Below are positions 1 to 9,696 of a stretch of 64,000 bases of DNA, piece after piece; the stretch's first letter is position 1; each line of letters opens with the position of its first letter. The DNA lies in the NCBI GenBank assembly GCA_949285075.1, contig CASDXF010000008.1, positions 29,559-93,558 of the forward strand. Direction: 5' to 3'. The position numbers and the translations under genes were made by a program. This stretch comes from an uncultured Bacteroides sp. (lineage in GTDB: Bacteria; Bacteroidota; Bacteroidia; Bacteroidales; Bacteroidaceae). A model generated the notes under the pieces. The model saw only the letters and a list, made by a program, of their open reading frames with translations. It had not been told where the DNA came from and made no database searches.

Positions 1-400
1 CCCTGATGAAACGGTCTATCAACGCACGTTCGCCCGCCTCGATACGGCAATAGAGCAACTGGCTCCGCTCGTCATTCGGCTCGTGAAAGCTGACAAGCGC
101 CCGCCTCATTCTCCACGTCGACTCACTCACGGCTAACGTATCAAGGCATTTCGCTAAAGAAGCAAGAAGTTTGGAGCCGCCCCGCCCATCGTAAGGGTAG
201 CCCCTCATTTCAAACGTCAGTTCGCCCGCATCGTCCGTCGCAAGCACTGCCGTAGCCGTAGGCGGCACTAAGGTGTAGAGATTGAAATCTTTTCGCCTGT
301 CCGCATCGGACAAACGGGAAAAAAAGTACAAGATAAAACCCGCGCACAGCAGCGCAACAGAAATAACTGTTCCTATTTTCACTATCGCACGAGGTTTCAT
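1..400 (-). CDS. Hypothetical membrane-anchored protein, truncated by the window edge (5' part only)
   Basis: ATG at 400 opens MKPRAIVKIGTVISVALLCAGFILYFFSRLSDADRRKDFNLYTLVP..., with an N-terminal hydrophobic helix; frame stays open to position 1 (hand translation). Confidence 0.7.
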   Translation of the reverse strand, partial: MKPRAIVKIGTVISVALLCAGFILYFFSRLSDADRRKDFNLYTLVPPTATAVLATDDAGELTFEMRGYPYDGRGGSKLLASLAKCLDTLAVSESTWRMRRALVSFHEPNDERSQLLYCRIEAGERALIDRFIR

Positions 401-536
401 AATATCCGCTTAATTATATACTCACCGGAACAGGCCGTTTTCTAAGTAGAGCTGTTCACCGTTGGCAGCTGACCGGTCTCGGCAAAAATAATGAATAATG
501 AAAAGAAAGGGAACTTTCCACAAAGAAAATTCACCG

Positions 537-1298
537 TCAGAAGATAATTTCCTTACCGTCAAAGGCTAAATGTACATGCTCGGGTAATATTTTCTCCACT
601 TCCGAGTGCAGTCCAATATCATGGCTCATGTGCACAAAGTAGGTTTCTCTCGCCCGAATCCGCCCCGCTAAGGCCAACGCCTCATCCAGATTCTGGTGCG
701 TAGGATGTGGAAGAACGCGAAGCGCATTCACAATCAAGACCTCTACTCCCGCCAACCGTTCATAAGACGCTTCGGGCATGGTCAGCATATCGGTAATGTA
801 GCCCAACGGCCCGATACGATAACCCAGAATAGGCAAGCGTCCGTGCATCACCCGCAGCGGCAAAATCTCCGTATCGTTTATCTGGAAACCACGCCCCACC
901 TCAATCTCACGCAAAGGAATATTCGGTATCCCCGGATAGCTCCGGTCGACAAAGCAATAGGGCATACGCAAACGCAAATCGTCCGCCACATGGCTCTCCG
1001 CATAAATAGGCACCGCACCGAAACGGGAGAACGGACGCAAGTCGTCCAACCCTCCGATGTGGTCGTAATGCCCGTGCGTAATGAGTACGCCGTCTATCTT
1101 CTTAAAAGGCAAAGGCAGCATCTGCCGCCTGAAGTCCGGGCCGCAATCTATCAACAGCCGAACATCCTCCGTCTCCACAAGAATGGAGGTGCGCAGACGT
1201 TTATCCCTCAAATCGGAGGAGGTGCAGACGGGACACGTGCATCCTATCTGAGGAACTCCCGTCGATGTTCCACTTCCCAATATCACTACTTTCATCAT
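537..1298 (-). CDS. MBL-fold metallo-hydrolase, PhnP/YycJ-like phosphodiesterase
   Basis: [10 protein letters not shown], CxCxVC, THxHxDH metallo-beta-lactamase motif, HMSH. Confidence 0.9.
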   Translation of the reverse strand: MMKVVILGSGTSTGVPQIGCTCPVCTSSDLRDKRLRTSILVETEDVRLLIDCGPDFRRQMLPLPFKKIDGVLITHGHYDHIGGLDDLRPFSRFGAVPIYAESHVADDLRLRMPYCFVDRSYPGIPNIPLREIEVGRGFQINDTEILPLRVMHGRLPILGYRIGPLGYITDMLTMPEASYERLAGVEVLIVNALRVLPHPTHQNLDEALALAGRIRARETYFVHMSHDIGLHSEVEKILPEHVHLAFDGKEIIF

Positions 1299-2287
1299 GA
1301 TATAATATTCACTTCCGGATGAATCTCTATACCAAAAAGCTCACGGACAGAGGCTCGCACCGCATCGGAGAGCGCAATGATGTCACTCCCTTTGGCTCCG
1401 CCAAGATTGACCAGCACCAACGCCTGCTTATCGTGTACGGCGGCAGGCCCCAAAGACTTTCCTTTCCAACCGCACTGTTCAATCAGCCACCCCGCAGGAA
1501 TCTTCACTTTAGCGTCACTCAATTCGTAATACGGCATCTGAGGATATGCGCTCCGCAACGCCTCAAACTTTTCCTTAGAGACTACTGGATTCATGAAAAA
1601 GCTTCCGGCGTTTCCCTGTACCTTCGGGTCGGGCAACTTACTCTTGCGGATATCCACAATCACCTGACGGACATTCCGCAAGGTCAGGGAGGGATATTTC
1701 TCCAGTTCCTTCCGGACGGTTCCATAATCAAGCACATAGCGTTCCTCCTTACCGAGAAGGAAACAGACATGGGTCACAAAAACCGACTTGTTCTCCGGCC
1801 GCTTGAAAACGCTGTCCCGATAAGCGTACTCACACTCGTCTACGGCATAAACACGTTCCTTTCCATGAATATCAATCGTCTCCACGGAAACGATTCTATC
1901 CTTCGCCTCCACTCCGTATGCGCCGATATTCTGCACGGCACTTGCGCCTACTTCACCGGGAATCAGCGAGAGGTTCTCTACGCCATACCATCCGTGCTCC
2001 ACGCAGTAAACGACGAAATCATCCCACACGACTCCCGCTCCTACCCTGACGAGCACGTCACGCTCCGTCTCCCGAAGCACCTCGATGCCACCGATACGGG
2101 AATGCAGTACCACTCCATTGTAGTCGCCAGTAAACAATAAATTGCTTCCACCGCCAATATGCAGGAAAGGAGCGGTAATGCCCTCCCGCGCTATCAGCCA
2201 CTTCAACTCATCCGTAGAGGAATACTCTAAAAAACGACTGGCGTAAACGTCAATGCCGAACGTATTATGAGATAATAAAGAATACAT
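1295..2287 (-). CDS. murB: UDP-N-acetylenolpyruvoylglucosamine reductase
   Basis: [35 protein letters not shown]-terminal EVNII. Confidence 0.96.
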   Translation of the reverse strand: MYSLLSHNTFGIDVYASRFLEYSSTDELKWLIAREGITAPFLHIGGGSNLLFTGDYNGVVLHSRIGGIEVLRETERDVLVRVGAGVVWDDFVVYCVEHGWYGVENLSLIPGEVGASAVQNIGAYGVEAKDRIVSVETIDIHGKERVYAVDECEYAYRDSVFKRPENKSVFVTHVCFLLGKEERYVLDYGTVRKELEKYPSLTLRNVRQVIVDIRKSKLPDPKVQGNAGSFFMNPVVSKEKFEALRSAYPQMPYYELSDAKVKIPAGWLIEQCGWKGKSLGPAAVHDKQALVLVNLGGAKGSDIIALSDAVRASVRELFGIEIHPEVNIIS

Positions 2288-2317
2288 AAAACCAATTTCA
2301 AGTTTACGGGACTCACC

Positions 2318-3163
2318 CTAAATACTCGTATCTTCAAACTTATACAACTCCCATTCTCCACCTTTTCTACGGAAATAAAGAAGATTCGAGAAACCGTTCC
2401 CTATTCCCTTCAACGCCAGAATCTTCGTTGACGAATGGTCTTCATTGCTTTGCCCATAGTTTATATTTGAAAGACGTTCTTTCGGCAGTTCCGGCTTGAA
2501 GGCGAACCACTGATTGCGATCAATCGTCGTTTCCAAAATCGAAAAGTCATCGTCCGGGTCCGAAGTGACGAAAGCGAGAGGGTTCAGTACATGGCGGCTT
2601 TGAAAAAGGCTATCCGAGGCGAAGCGGTAGAAAAAATCCACAAAGTCCTCGTTCTCATCCTTCTCTATCGAGCGTAAGTTTATAGCCTCCAATATCCACG
2701 CTCCTTTTATACGTTCAAAATAATATTTCTTCAGCATCCTCTCCCGCATAAATATCCATTCCACCTGCACGGAAGTCAAAGACGTGTCTCCGACCAAGTC
2801 CATATCCTCCTCCTTATCGAACAGAAGCGTATAGTAATGCTGCCGCACGAACAGTTCGTCATGCTCCCAATCGGACTTCTCTATGTTTATCTTTTCGTTC
2901 TGCTTATAATAAGCCAAAGGAAACTTCACCCGCTGACGCTGTAAGGCGTCATCGGAAGCGAAATTATAAATAAAATCATCGAATGACTCGTCTACTCTCG
3001 TGGGTTTCGGCTCTTCCGGCTGCATCATCTCTAAAGAATCAACATGCGTACGTACAGAGTCTACTTCCTGAGTAATAGCGGCAAACGGGTCGATGTTCGC
3101 CTTCTTGTTCCCGCAGGCTCCAAAGAATATCAATGCCGCAACTCCCGCGATTAAGCCTTTCAT
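2318..3163 (-). CDS. Conserved Bacteroides lipoprotein (DUF4348-like)
   Basis: Lipobox FGAC; duplicated ExFxDF.Y.FASD...Q..R/HV..PL modules. Confidence 0.75.
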   Translation of the reverse strand: MKGLIAGVAALIFFGACGNKKANIDPFAAITQEVDSVRTHVDSLEMMQPEEPKPTRVDESFDDFIYNFASDDALQRQRVKFPLAYYKQNEKINIEKSDWEHDELFVRQHYYTLLFDKEEDMDLVGDTSLTSVQVEWIFMRERMLKKYYFERIKGAWILEAINLRSIEKDENEDFVDFFYRFASDSLFQSRHVLNPLAFVTSDPDDDFSILETTIDRNQWFAFKPELPKERLSNINYGQSNEDHSSTKILALKGIGNGFSNLLYFRRKGGEWELYKFEDTSI

Positions 3164-4117
3164 TTATCCTAACCTAAGTCTTAACTTCTCAAGCATATCC
3201 ACCGTCATAGCGTCCAAATCATACTTGGGCTTCCATCCCCACTCTTCACGGGCGCACGTATCGTCCATACGGTCGGGCCAACTGTCGGCAATACGCTGCT
3301 TCAGCGGGTCGATGTCGTAGACCATTTCAAACCCGGGCATATATTTCCTGATGGCTTGATAAATCATTTCCGGGTCAAAGCTCATGGAGGCTATGTTAAA
3401 GGCGTTGCGATGCAGCAGTTTTTCCGGATTGGCTTCCATCAGCATAATGGCCGCGTTCAACGCATCCGGCATATACATCATGTCCATCAGCGTACCCGGC
3501 TTAATCGGGCACACGAACTTCTCTCCCTTTACCGCCGCATAATAGATGTCCACCGCATAGTCGGTAGTACCTCCGCCCGGAGGCGTCACGTTTGAAATGA
3601 TTCCGGGGAAACGTACCGCACGGGTATCCACACCGTATTTAGAGAAGTAATAATCGCTTAGAAGTTCCGTCGTTACCTTAGTAATGCCATACATCGTAGA
3701 GGGACGCTGCAACGTGTCCTGCGGCGTGTCCACATGAGGAGTATCCTTACCGAAAGAGCCTATGGAACTGGGCGTAAACACCGCGCAACCACATTCGCGA
3801 GCTACCTCCAAGACATTCCATAACCCGTCAATACCTATCTTCCACGCCAACCTCGGCTTAGACTCCGCCACAACGGAAAGGAGCGCCGCCAGATTGTAAA
3901 TCGTGTCTATCTCATACTCCTTCACCGCAGCCGCTATCATCTCACCGCTCGTCACGTCTACAACCGTCGATGGTCCCGACTCCTTCAACTCGCCCTTAGG
4001 CTCAGCGCCGGTAATATATCCGGCCACCACATTTCCGTTTCCATAACGTTTACGTAACTCCATCGTCAGTTCGGAACCAATCTGTCCGGTAGCCCCAATA
4101 ACTAAAATGCGTTTCAT
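3164..4117 (-). CDS. tdh: L-threonine 3-dehydrogenase (SDR/NAD-dependent epimerase family)
   Basis: GATGQIG Rossmann motif, YGITK, PGGGTTDYAV; divergent from kbl. Confidence 0.88.
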   Translation of the reverse strand: MKRILVIGATGQIGSELTMELRKRYGNGNVVAGYITGAEPKGELKESGPSTVVDVTSGEMIAAAVKEYEIDTIYNLAALLSVVAESKPRLAWKIGIDGLWNVLEVARECGCAVFTPSSIGSFGKDTPHVDTPQDTLQRPSTMYGITKVTTELLSDYYFSKYGVDTRAVRFPGIISNVTPPGGGTTDYAVDIYYAAVKGEKFVCPIKPGTLMDMMYMPDALNAAIMLMEANPEKLLHRNAFNIASMSFDPEMIYQAIRKYMPGFEMVYDIDPLKQRIADSWPDRMDDTCAREEWGWKPKYDLDAMTVDMLEKLRLRLG

Positions 4118-4250
4118 TTTTCTTTTTCTACTAAGACATTAGCTAAACAAGCTGCAAAGTAAGCGCTTTTTTTCATAATTTCATCCAAAAGGTATGGTTA
4201 TTCCAAGAAAAATCATGTCCTTTGTATCATAACTTAATCATTGGAACACT

Positions 4251-5438
4251 ATGTACGGTAAAATGCAAGAATATCTCAGCCAAACGTTAGCAGAGATAAA
4301 AGAAGCGGGACTCTACAAAGAAGAGCGGCTTATAGAAAGCGCACAGCAGGCCGCCATTACGGTAAAAGGTAAAGAAGTCTTAAACTTTTGCGCAAATAAT
4401 TATTTAGGTTTATCCAATCATCCAAGATTAATCAAGGCGGCGCAGGATATGATGGATCGCCGAGGATACGGTATGTCATCCGTCCGTTTCATCTGCGGAA
4501 CGCAAGACATACACAAAGAGTTGGAAAAGGCGATTTCCGAATACTTTAAAACGGAAGACACCATCCTATATGCCGCCTGCTTTGACGCGAACGGCGGAGT
4601 GTTCGAACCTCTATTCACGGAAGAAGACGTCATTATCTCAGACTCGCTGAACCACGCGTCCATCATCGACGGCGTGCGCCTTTGCAAGGCGAAACGTTAC
4701 CGCTACGCCAATGCGGACATGAAGGAGTTGGAGAAATGCCTGCAAGAAGCTCAAGCCCAACGCTTCCGGATTATCGTTACCGACGGCGTGTTCTCAATGG
4801 ACGGCAACGTGGCCCCGATGAATCAAATATGCGACCTTGCGGAAAAGTATGACGCTTTAGTGATGGTGGACGAATCCCACTCCGCCGGTGTGGTAGGAGC
4901 CACGGGACATGGCGTAAGCGAACTGTACAATACGTACGGGCGCATAGACATCTACACCGGGACACTAGGAAAGGCGTTCGGAGGAGCGTTGGGTGGATTT
5001 ACGACCGGGCGTAAGGAGATTATAGATTTACTACGCCAACGCAGTCGCCCATACCTGTTCTCCAACTCACTGGCCCCCGGCATCATAGGAGCAAGTCTTG
5101 AGGTATTTAAAATGTTGAAGGAAAGCGATGAACTGCATGAACGTCTCGTCGATAACGTCAATTACTTCCGGGATAAGATGACCGCCGCAGGCTTCGACAT
5201 CAAACCGACTCAGAGCGCAATCTGCGCAGTTATGCTATACGATGCCAAATTGTCGCAAGTATACGCCGCACGCATGCAAGAAGAAGGCATCTACGTAACC
5301 GGATTCTACTACCCAGTAGTCCCTAAAGGACAAGCGAGAATCAGGGTACAAATCTCCGCAGGGCATGAAAAGGAACATTTGGATAAATGCATCAACGCAT
5401 TTATCAAAGTAGGAAAAGAGCTTGGCGTATTAAAATAA
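4251..5438 (+). CDS. kbl: 2-amino-3-ketobutyrate CoA ligase (glycine C-acetyltransferase)
   Basis: NFCANNYLGL, SVRFICGT, TGTLGKA PLP lysine, RIRVQISA. Confidence 0.96.
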   Translation: MYGKMQEYLSQTLAEIKEAGLYKEERLIESAQQAAITVKGKEVLNFCANNYLGLSNHPRLIKAAQDMMDRRGYGMSSVRFICGTQDIHKELEKAISEYFKTEDTILYAACFDANGGVFEPLFTEEDVIISDSLNHASIIDGVRLCKAKRYRYANADMKELEKCLQEAQAQRFRIIVTDGVFSMDGNVAPMNQICDLAEKYDALVMVDESHSAGVVGATGHGVSELYNTYGRIDIYTGTLGKAFGGALGGFTTGRKEIIDLLRQRSRPYLFSNSLAPGIIGASLEVFKMLKESDELHERLVDNVNYFRDKMTAAGFDIKPTQSAICAVMLYDAKLSQVYAARMQEEGIYVTGFYYPVVPKGQARIRVQISAGHEKEHLDKCINAFIKVGKELGVLK

Positions 5439-5452
5439 GAGGAAAAAGGACA

Positions 5453-5482
5453 GCGTGTGAAGCGACATATCGTTTCACACGC
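5453..5482 (+). terminator. Hairpin after kbl (possible terminator)
   Basis: GCGTGTGAAGCGA-cata-TCGTTTCACACGC stem; weak U-tract. Confidence 0.5.
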
Positions 5483-5560
5483 CGCGATACCTCGAACTGA
5501 TTTCCATCGAACCAATCAGACTTGATGCGGAAAAAAGGACTCTTAGGATACAAAAATCTA

Positions 5561-5758
5561 AGAGCCTGTTTAAATTTTGCATTTAAGTAATTTAATCTGG
5601 TCTCTTTTGAGTCCCTTTCCGGTCTCTTTTCCCGATTACGTTCGTCAGATAGCCCGCTATCCTCCTCACGGAATCGGAAAAACATCCTCGAAAAGGACGG
5701 AAAAACATCCTCGAAAAGGACGCTCAAAATAAACCCGAGCAAAATGTAAACAGGCTCT
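5561..5758. mobile_element. MITE-like element with 20-bp terminal inverted repeats
   Basis: AGAGCCTGTTTAAATTTTGC (5561-5580) vs GCAAAATGTAAACAGGCTCT (5739-5758), 1 mismatch; internal 23-bp direct duplication 5675-5720; no transposase. Confidence 0.75.
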
Positions 5759-5779
5759 ACCATAATAAGGAGACGAATC

Positions 5780-5860
5780 TCACCTACAAGAACCGTTCAA
5801 CTGATATACATGAATCAAGAAACTTATGTACAAGAATCTAGGAAATCTTATACAAGAAAA
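5780..5860. repeat. Degenerate tandem array, 22-bp period, TACA(A/T)GAA core
   Basis: TACAAGAA/TACATGAA at 5785, 5807, 5829, 5851. Confidence 0.65.
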
Positions 5861-5863
5861 AAG

Positions 5864-6835
5864 TCAATGTTCATCGAAATATTTCAAGAATTGTACCCGC
5901 TCAAACGCATTTATACCTTTCAAGTCCCGATTGCTTAATTTCCCCTTAAATTGAGCTATTTTTTCAAATCCGTTTCTTTCCATCCACGCATTAAGAAAGC
6001 GGTTCGCTTTCCCAATAAAGTCCGCATCCTTATAAATCGCACTGCACACCTCTACCGCCGAAGCTCCCGCCAAGAGAGCTTTTACTACAGCCTCAGAGGA
6101 AGAGACACCGCCAGAAGCCGCATAATCTATTCCACCGACCAACGAAGAGGCTATGCCTATCCAACGCAACGGAGTGGAAAGGTCGGACGGATGGGTAAAC
6201 ACGTCTCCCGTGACATACTCCATACTGTCAATGTCAATGTCTGGCTGATAAAACCGATTAAAGAGAACAACAGCGGCTGCTCCGTTAGCGTACAACTGGT
6301 TAATTAGCGCCACTGGGTTGCTCAGGTTATTACCCAATTTCACAATTACCGGAATCTGAACAACCTTCTTGACATGTTTCAGGATATCTATATGACGCTG
6401 CTCGTGCAAGCCATACGTATATTCCTTATCCGCCCACAACGCCATAACGTTGATTTCCAAAGCGTCCGCACCCGCCTCCTCAATCCGCGCAGCGAAATCG
6501 GCCCATCCGGAATCCGTATAACAGCTGACGCTCGCTATCACAGGAACAGAACAAACGCTTTTGCTTTCCCTGATAAGCGACAAATATTCGGACAGCCGAT
6601 GCGCACGGACATATTCCTTCAAATACTCGCTCCCTTCCGGATAACCGGAAAAGTCCTCCAGTTTCTCAGCTTCCGCACTGATTTGTTCCTCAAAAAGAGA
6701 TTTCAGCACAATAGCACCCGCTCCACATTCAGACCATCTTCTATTTTTCTCTGCACTATCAGTAAGCCCAGAGCTACTGACTATAACCGGACTTTTGAGC
6801 GCAAGCCCGGCAAATACACATTCCAAACGATTCAT
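5864..6835 (-). CDS. Dihydroorotate dehydrogenase-like flavoprotein
   Basis: KSLFEEQI, LEIN, VLFNRFYQPDID, ASGGV; ATG at 6835 preferred over TTG at 6862. Confidence 0.88.
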   Translation of the reverse strand: MNRLECVFAGLALKSPVIVSSSGLTDSAEKNRRWSECGAGAIVLKSLFEEQISAEAEKLEDFSGYPEGSEYLKEYVRAHRLSEYLSLIRESKSVCSVPVIASVSCYTDSGWADFAARIEEAGADALEINVMALWADKEYTYGLHEQRHIDILKHVKKVVQIPVIVKLGNNLSNPVALINQLYANGAAAVVLFNRFYQPDIDIDSMEYVTGDVFTHPSDLSTPLRWIGIASSLVGGIDYAASGGVSSSEAVVKALLAGASAVEVCSAIYKDADFIGKANRFLNAWMERNGFEKIAQFKGKLSNRDLKGINAFERVQFLKYFDEH

Positions 6836-6858
6836 GGCAGTATATGTTTTAGTGATAT

Positions 6859-7530
6859 TCAATTATAATTTCTCTCTCCAAAGATTTTGCTTCCGACACG
6901 CACCATCGTGCTCCCCTCGGCTATAGCCAACCGATAGTCATGAGACATTCCCATAGACAACTCCCTAAACGCGGTATCCTCGGCAAACCATGTTTTCTTA
7001 ATCTCGGAAAAGAGGTCATGAAGTAAACGGAATTCTTCGACTATTTGTCTCACATCATCCGTATTGCTAGCCATACCCATCAGCCCGCAAATGCGTACAC
7101 CGGTAAGATTCTTCCATTCCTCCAACGCTACCATATCTTTGCATTCTTCAGGCGTAAAGCCAAACTTCGTTTCCTCTTGCGCCACGTGAATCTGCAATAA
7201 GCAATCGACCGTACGATTCACCCTCTTCGCCTGCTTATCCACTTCCGCCAATAACTTATATGAATCAATGCCATGTATCATGGCTACATAGGGAATCATG
7301 TACTTAATCTTATTCGTTTGCAGATGTCCTATAAAATGCCACTCAATATCTTTTGGAAGCACCTCGCGCTTCGATGTCATCTCCTGCACCTTGCTCTCGC
7401 CAAAAATACGCTGTCCCGCTTCATAGGCTTCCCTTATCATGTCTACAGAGTGAAACTTTGAGACAGCAACCAACCGAACTCCCTGAGGAAGTTCGGCCAA
7501 CACTTGCTTTAAGTTTTCAGTGACACTCAT
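6859..7530 (-). CDS. yggS: PLP homeostasis protein YggS/PROSC
   Basis: LVAVSK, WHFIGHLQTNK, LSMGMS, GSTMVRVGSKIFG. Confidence 0.95.
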   Translation of the reverse strand: MSVTENLKQVLAELPQGVRLVAVSKFHSVDMIREAYEAGQRIFGESKVQEMTSKREVLPKDIEWHFIGHLQTNKIKYMIPYVAMIHGIDSYKLLAEVDKQAKRVNRTVDCLLQIHVAQEETKFGFTPEECKDMVALEEWKNLTGVRICGLMGMASNTDDVRQIVEEFRLLHDLFSEIKKTWFAEDTAFRELSMGMSHDYRLAIAEGSTMVRVGSKIFGERNYN

Positions 7531-7536
7531 TACTTT

Positions 7537-8016
7537 TTACGCTTTGTTCGGGTCAAACTCAGGCTTATCATTAGGGCCCGCGCTATAAGGATATACATCC
7601 ATAATAGCCGTTTCGGCCACAGAACCTATCTGATAGTCCGCCATCGTACCCTTCATACCTTCATCCAGTTTCTTCACCGCGTCGCGCAAATCGGCCGCCT
7701 GCACCAACACCTGCGTAGTTGTCCTTTTCTCCGCTCCGCTCTTTTCGTCAAGGGTTATGAAAATCAGCTTGCACTTAAACCAACGGTCCGCGCTGTCCTC
7801 CTCGCAAGGAAACAGTTCACTATAATTGGCCCGCTTAATGTCTGCCACTATAAATTCTCCGGTAATGAACGGAGTCATTTCCTCATTAATCCGAGCCTCA
7901 GCTTCAGTAAAGCTAAGAGCATCTACCAAATAAGGTTCAGTCACCTTCTTCTGCATTCCGTTCTCCATTACTTTTTCATAACGAATCTTACATTCAAACC
8001 ATGTATGCATTGCCAT
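7537..8016 (-). CDS. DUF4494 family protein
   Basis: WFECKIRYEK...YLVDALSFTEAEAR, typical of this Bacteroidetes family. Confidence 0.85.
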   Translation of the reverse strand: MAMHTWFECKIRYEKVMENGMQKKVTEPYLVDALSFTEAEARINEEMTPFITGEFIVADIKRANYSELFPCEEDSADRWFKCKLIFITLDEKSGAEKRTTTQVLVQAADLRDAVKKLDEGMKGTMADYQIGSVAETAIMDVYPYSAGPNDKPEFDPNKA

Positions 8017-8295
8017 AACTTTTCTATTCTTTAATTTGCTTATATAAAATCACACGGCAAAGATAAATAAAATACCTGAGCAAGAGTTTGTCGTTTAGAA
8101 ATTGAAGTTTATGAAAGTACTTTCTCCTTCCGAAAAACGATTATTTCGCTGCCACCGCGCTTGAGATTAACGCAATACGTATCATACTTTCTTTAGCCGA
8201 TATACTATAGGGAGTACAACACACAGCAACAAAGCCTTACGCCATATACCATTTATTATCAACGCCTTATAATCCATTCGAAAGACAGCCCCATC

Positions 8296-8358
8296 TGTCG
8301 CGAGCCGCTGCCCTGTTTCTCGCGAGCCATAGGGCTATCTCTCGCGAGAAACAGGGCG
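8296..8358. repeat. Short 22-bp-period array with palindromic (C)TCGCGAG core
   Basis: ccctgtttCTCGCGAGccatag / ggctatctCTCGCGAGaaacag; same unit as at 24430 and 50345. Confidence 0.7.
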
Positions 8359-8446
8359 AGCTGACAAATGGATCACCTCTCCGAAAATGAACATATCTTC
8401 CCTTACGATTGTTATAGGATAAATTGTTTTTAATATATCTATCGTT

Positions 8447-8950
8447 ATGGCAACAACAAAATTTCAAGGAAAGCCAGTGAATCTGGCCGGAGAGTTTATA
8501 AAGGCGGGGACTTTGGCTCCTGATTTCGAATTAGTAAAAACAGACTTATCGCTTCTCTCATTGAAGGCGTTGAAGGGGAAAAACGTTATTCTGAACATCT
8601 TTCCAAGCTTAGACACAAGCGTCTGCGCCACTTCCGTACGCAAATTCAACCAACTAGCGGCAGGACTGAAAGATACCGTGGTACTAGCGATTTCAAAAGA
8701 CCTCCCCTTCGCGCATGGACGCTTTTGCACAACGGAGGGTATAAAGAATGTAATCCCTTTATCTGATTTCAGGGCCTCCGAATTCGACAATAATTACGGC
8801 GTTTGCATGGAAGACGGACCGTTAGCAGGATTATTGGCCCGCGCCGTAATCGTGATAGGAAAAGACGGAAGAGTCAATTATACGGAATTAGTCCCGGAAA
8901 TAACCCAAGAGCCCGACTACGACAAAGCGCTAACCGCCATAGAAAAGTAG
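8447..8950 (+). CDS. tpx: Thiol peroxidase (atypical 2-Cys peroxiredoxin)
   Basis: FPSLDTSVCA, SKDLPFA, RFC, EPDY. Confidence 0.95.
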   Translation: MATTKFQGKPVNLAGEFIKAGTLAPDFELVKTDLSLLSLKALKGKNVILNIFPSLDTSVCATSVRKFNQLAAGLKDTVVLAISKDLPFAHGRFCTTEGIKNVIPLSDFRASEFDNNYGVCMEDGPLAGLLARAVIVIGKDGRVNYTELVPEITQEPDYDKALTAIEK

Positions 8951-8965
8951 ACTCTGTTCAATATC

Positions 8966-9003
8966 AAAGCGCCCGAGGGTTTTAATAATCCTCGGGCGCT
9001 TTT
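8966..9003. terminator. Bidirectional intrinsic terminator between tpx and dedA
   Basis: aaAGCGCCCGAGG-...-CCTCGGGCGCTttt between convergent genes. Confidence 0.85.
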
Positions 9004-9025
9004 GGATACCTTATCTATATGCCTC

Positions 9026-9664
9026 TTATTTTTTCTTAACTCCCTTATAAACCAAGAAAGCCACGATAAATACTCCTATCGCAATAAAGCAATATCCAAT
9101 CTCATGGCTATACTCCGTCACCCTCTGAATAAGCTGCTCTTCACTCTCAATGCCCGGAACAGTAGACAGATAATAACCGATGACAGCGAGTATCGCATTC
9201 CACATCCCCGCCCCCAATGTCGTATAAATCAAGAAAGTAGACATCTTCATCCTCGCCAATCCCGCAGGGATAGAAATCAGCTGCCGCACGGCCGGTATCA
9301 GGCGACCTATAAACGTAGACAACGCCCCGTGCTTGTCAAAATACCGCTCAGCGTGCTTCACTTTCTCTTCGTCTATCAGACACATATGGCCGATTCGGCT
9401 ATTGGCGAATTTATAAATGATAGGACGCCCAAGCCATTTAGCCAGATAGTAATTGATTAGCGCCCCAAGATTAGCCCCGATTGTGGCGAACACCACCACC
9501 AGATAAATGTTAAGCTCATCATTGACCGCCGCTTTATATGCCGCGGGTGGAACGACAATCTCTGACGGAAAAGGTATAAATGAACTCTCGATTGTCATTA
9601 ACAAGGTAATTGTCCAATAATTAAGGTGATCCAAACACCATTGAATAAAAGCTACGGATTCCAT
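9026..9664 (-). CDS. DedA family membrane protein
   Basis: ESSFIPFPSE, GRLIPAVRQLISIPAG. Confidence 0.92.
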   Translation of the reverse strand: MESVAFIQWCLDHLNYWTITLLMTIESSFIPFPSEIVVPPAAYKAAVNDELNIYLVVVFATIGANLGALINYYLAKWLGRPIIYKFANSRIGHMCLIDEEKVKHAERYFDKHGALSTFIGRLIPAVRQLISIPAGLARMKMSTFLIYTTLGAGMWNAILAVIGYYLSTVPGIESEEQLIQRVTEYSHEIGYCFIAIGVFIVAFLVYKGVKKK

Positions 9665-9696
9665 TGCAATTTTGTAGTCAATTAATGAATATATTA

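Noticed and set aside
5404-5763. 119-aa minus-strand ORF over the MITE
   Set aside because: No transposase motifs; it overlaps the kbl end and its hairpin, so it is likely a chance ORF.
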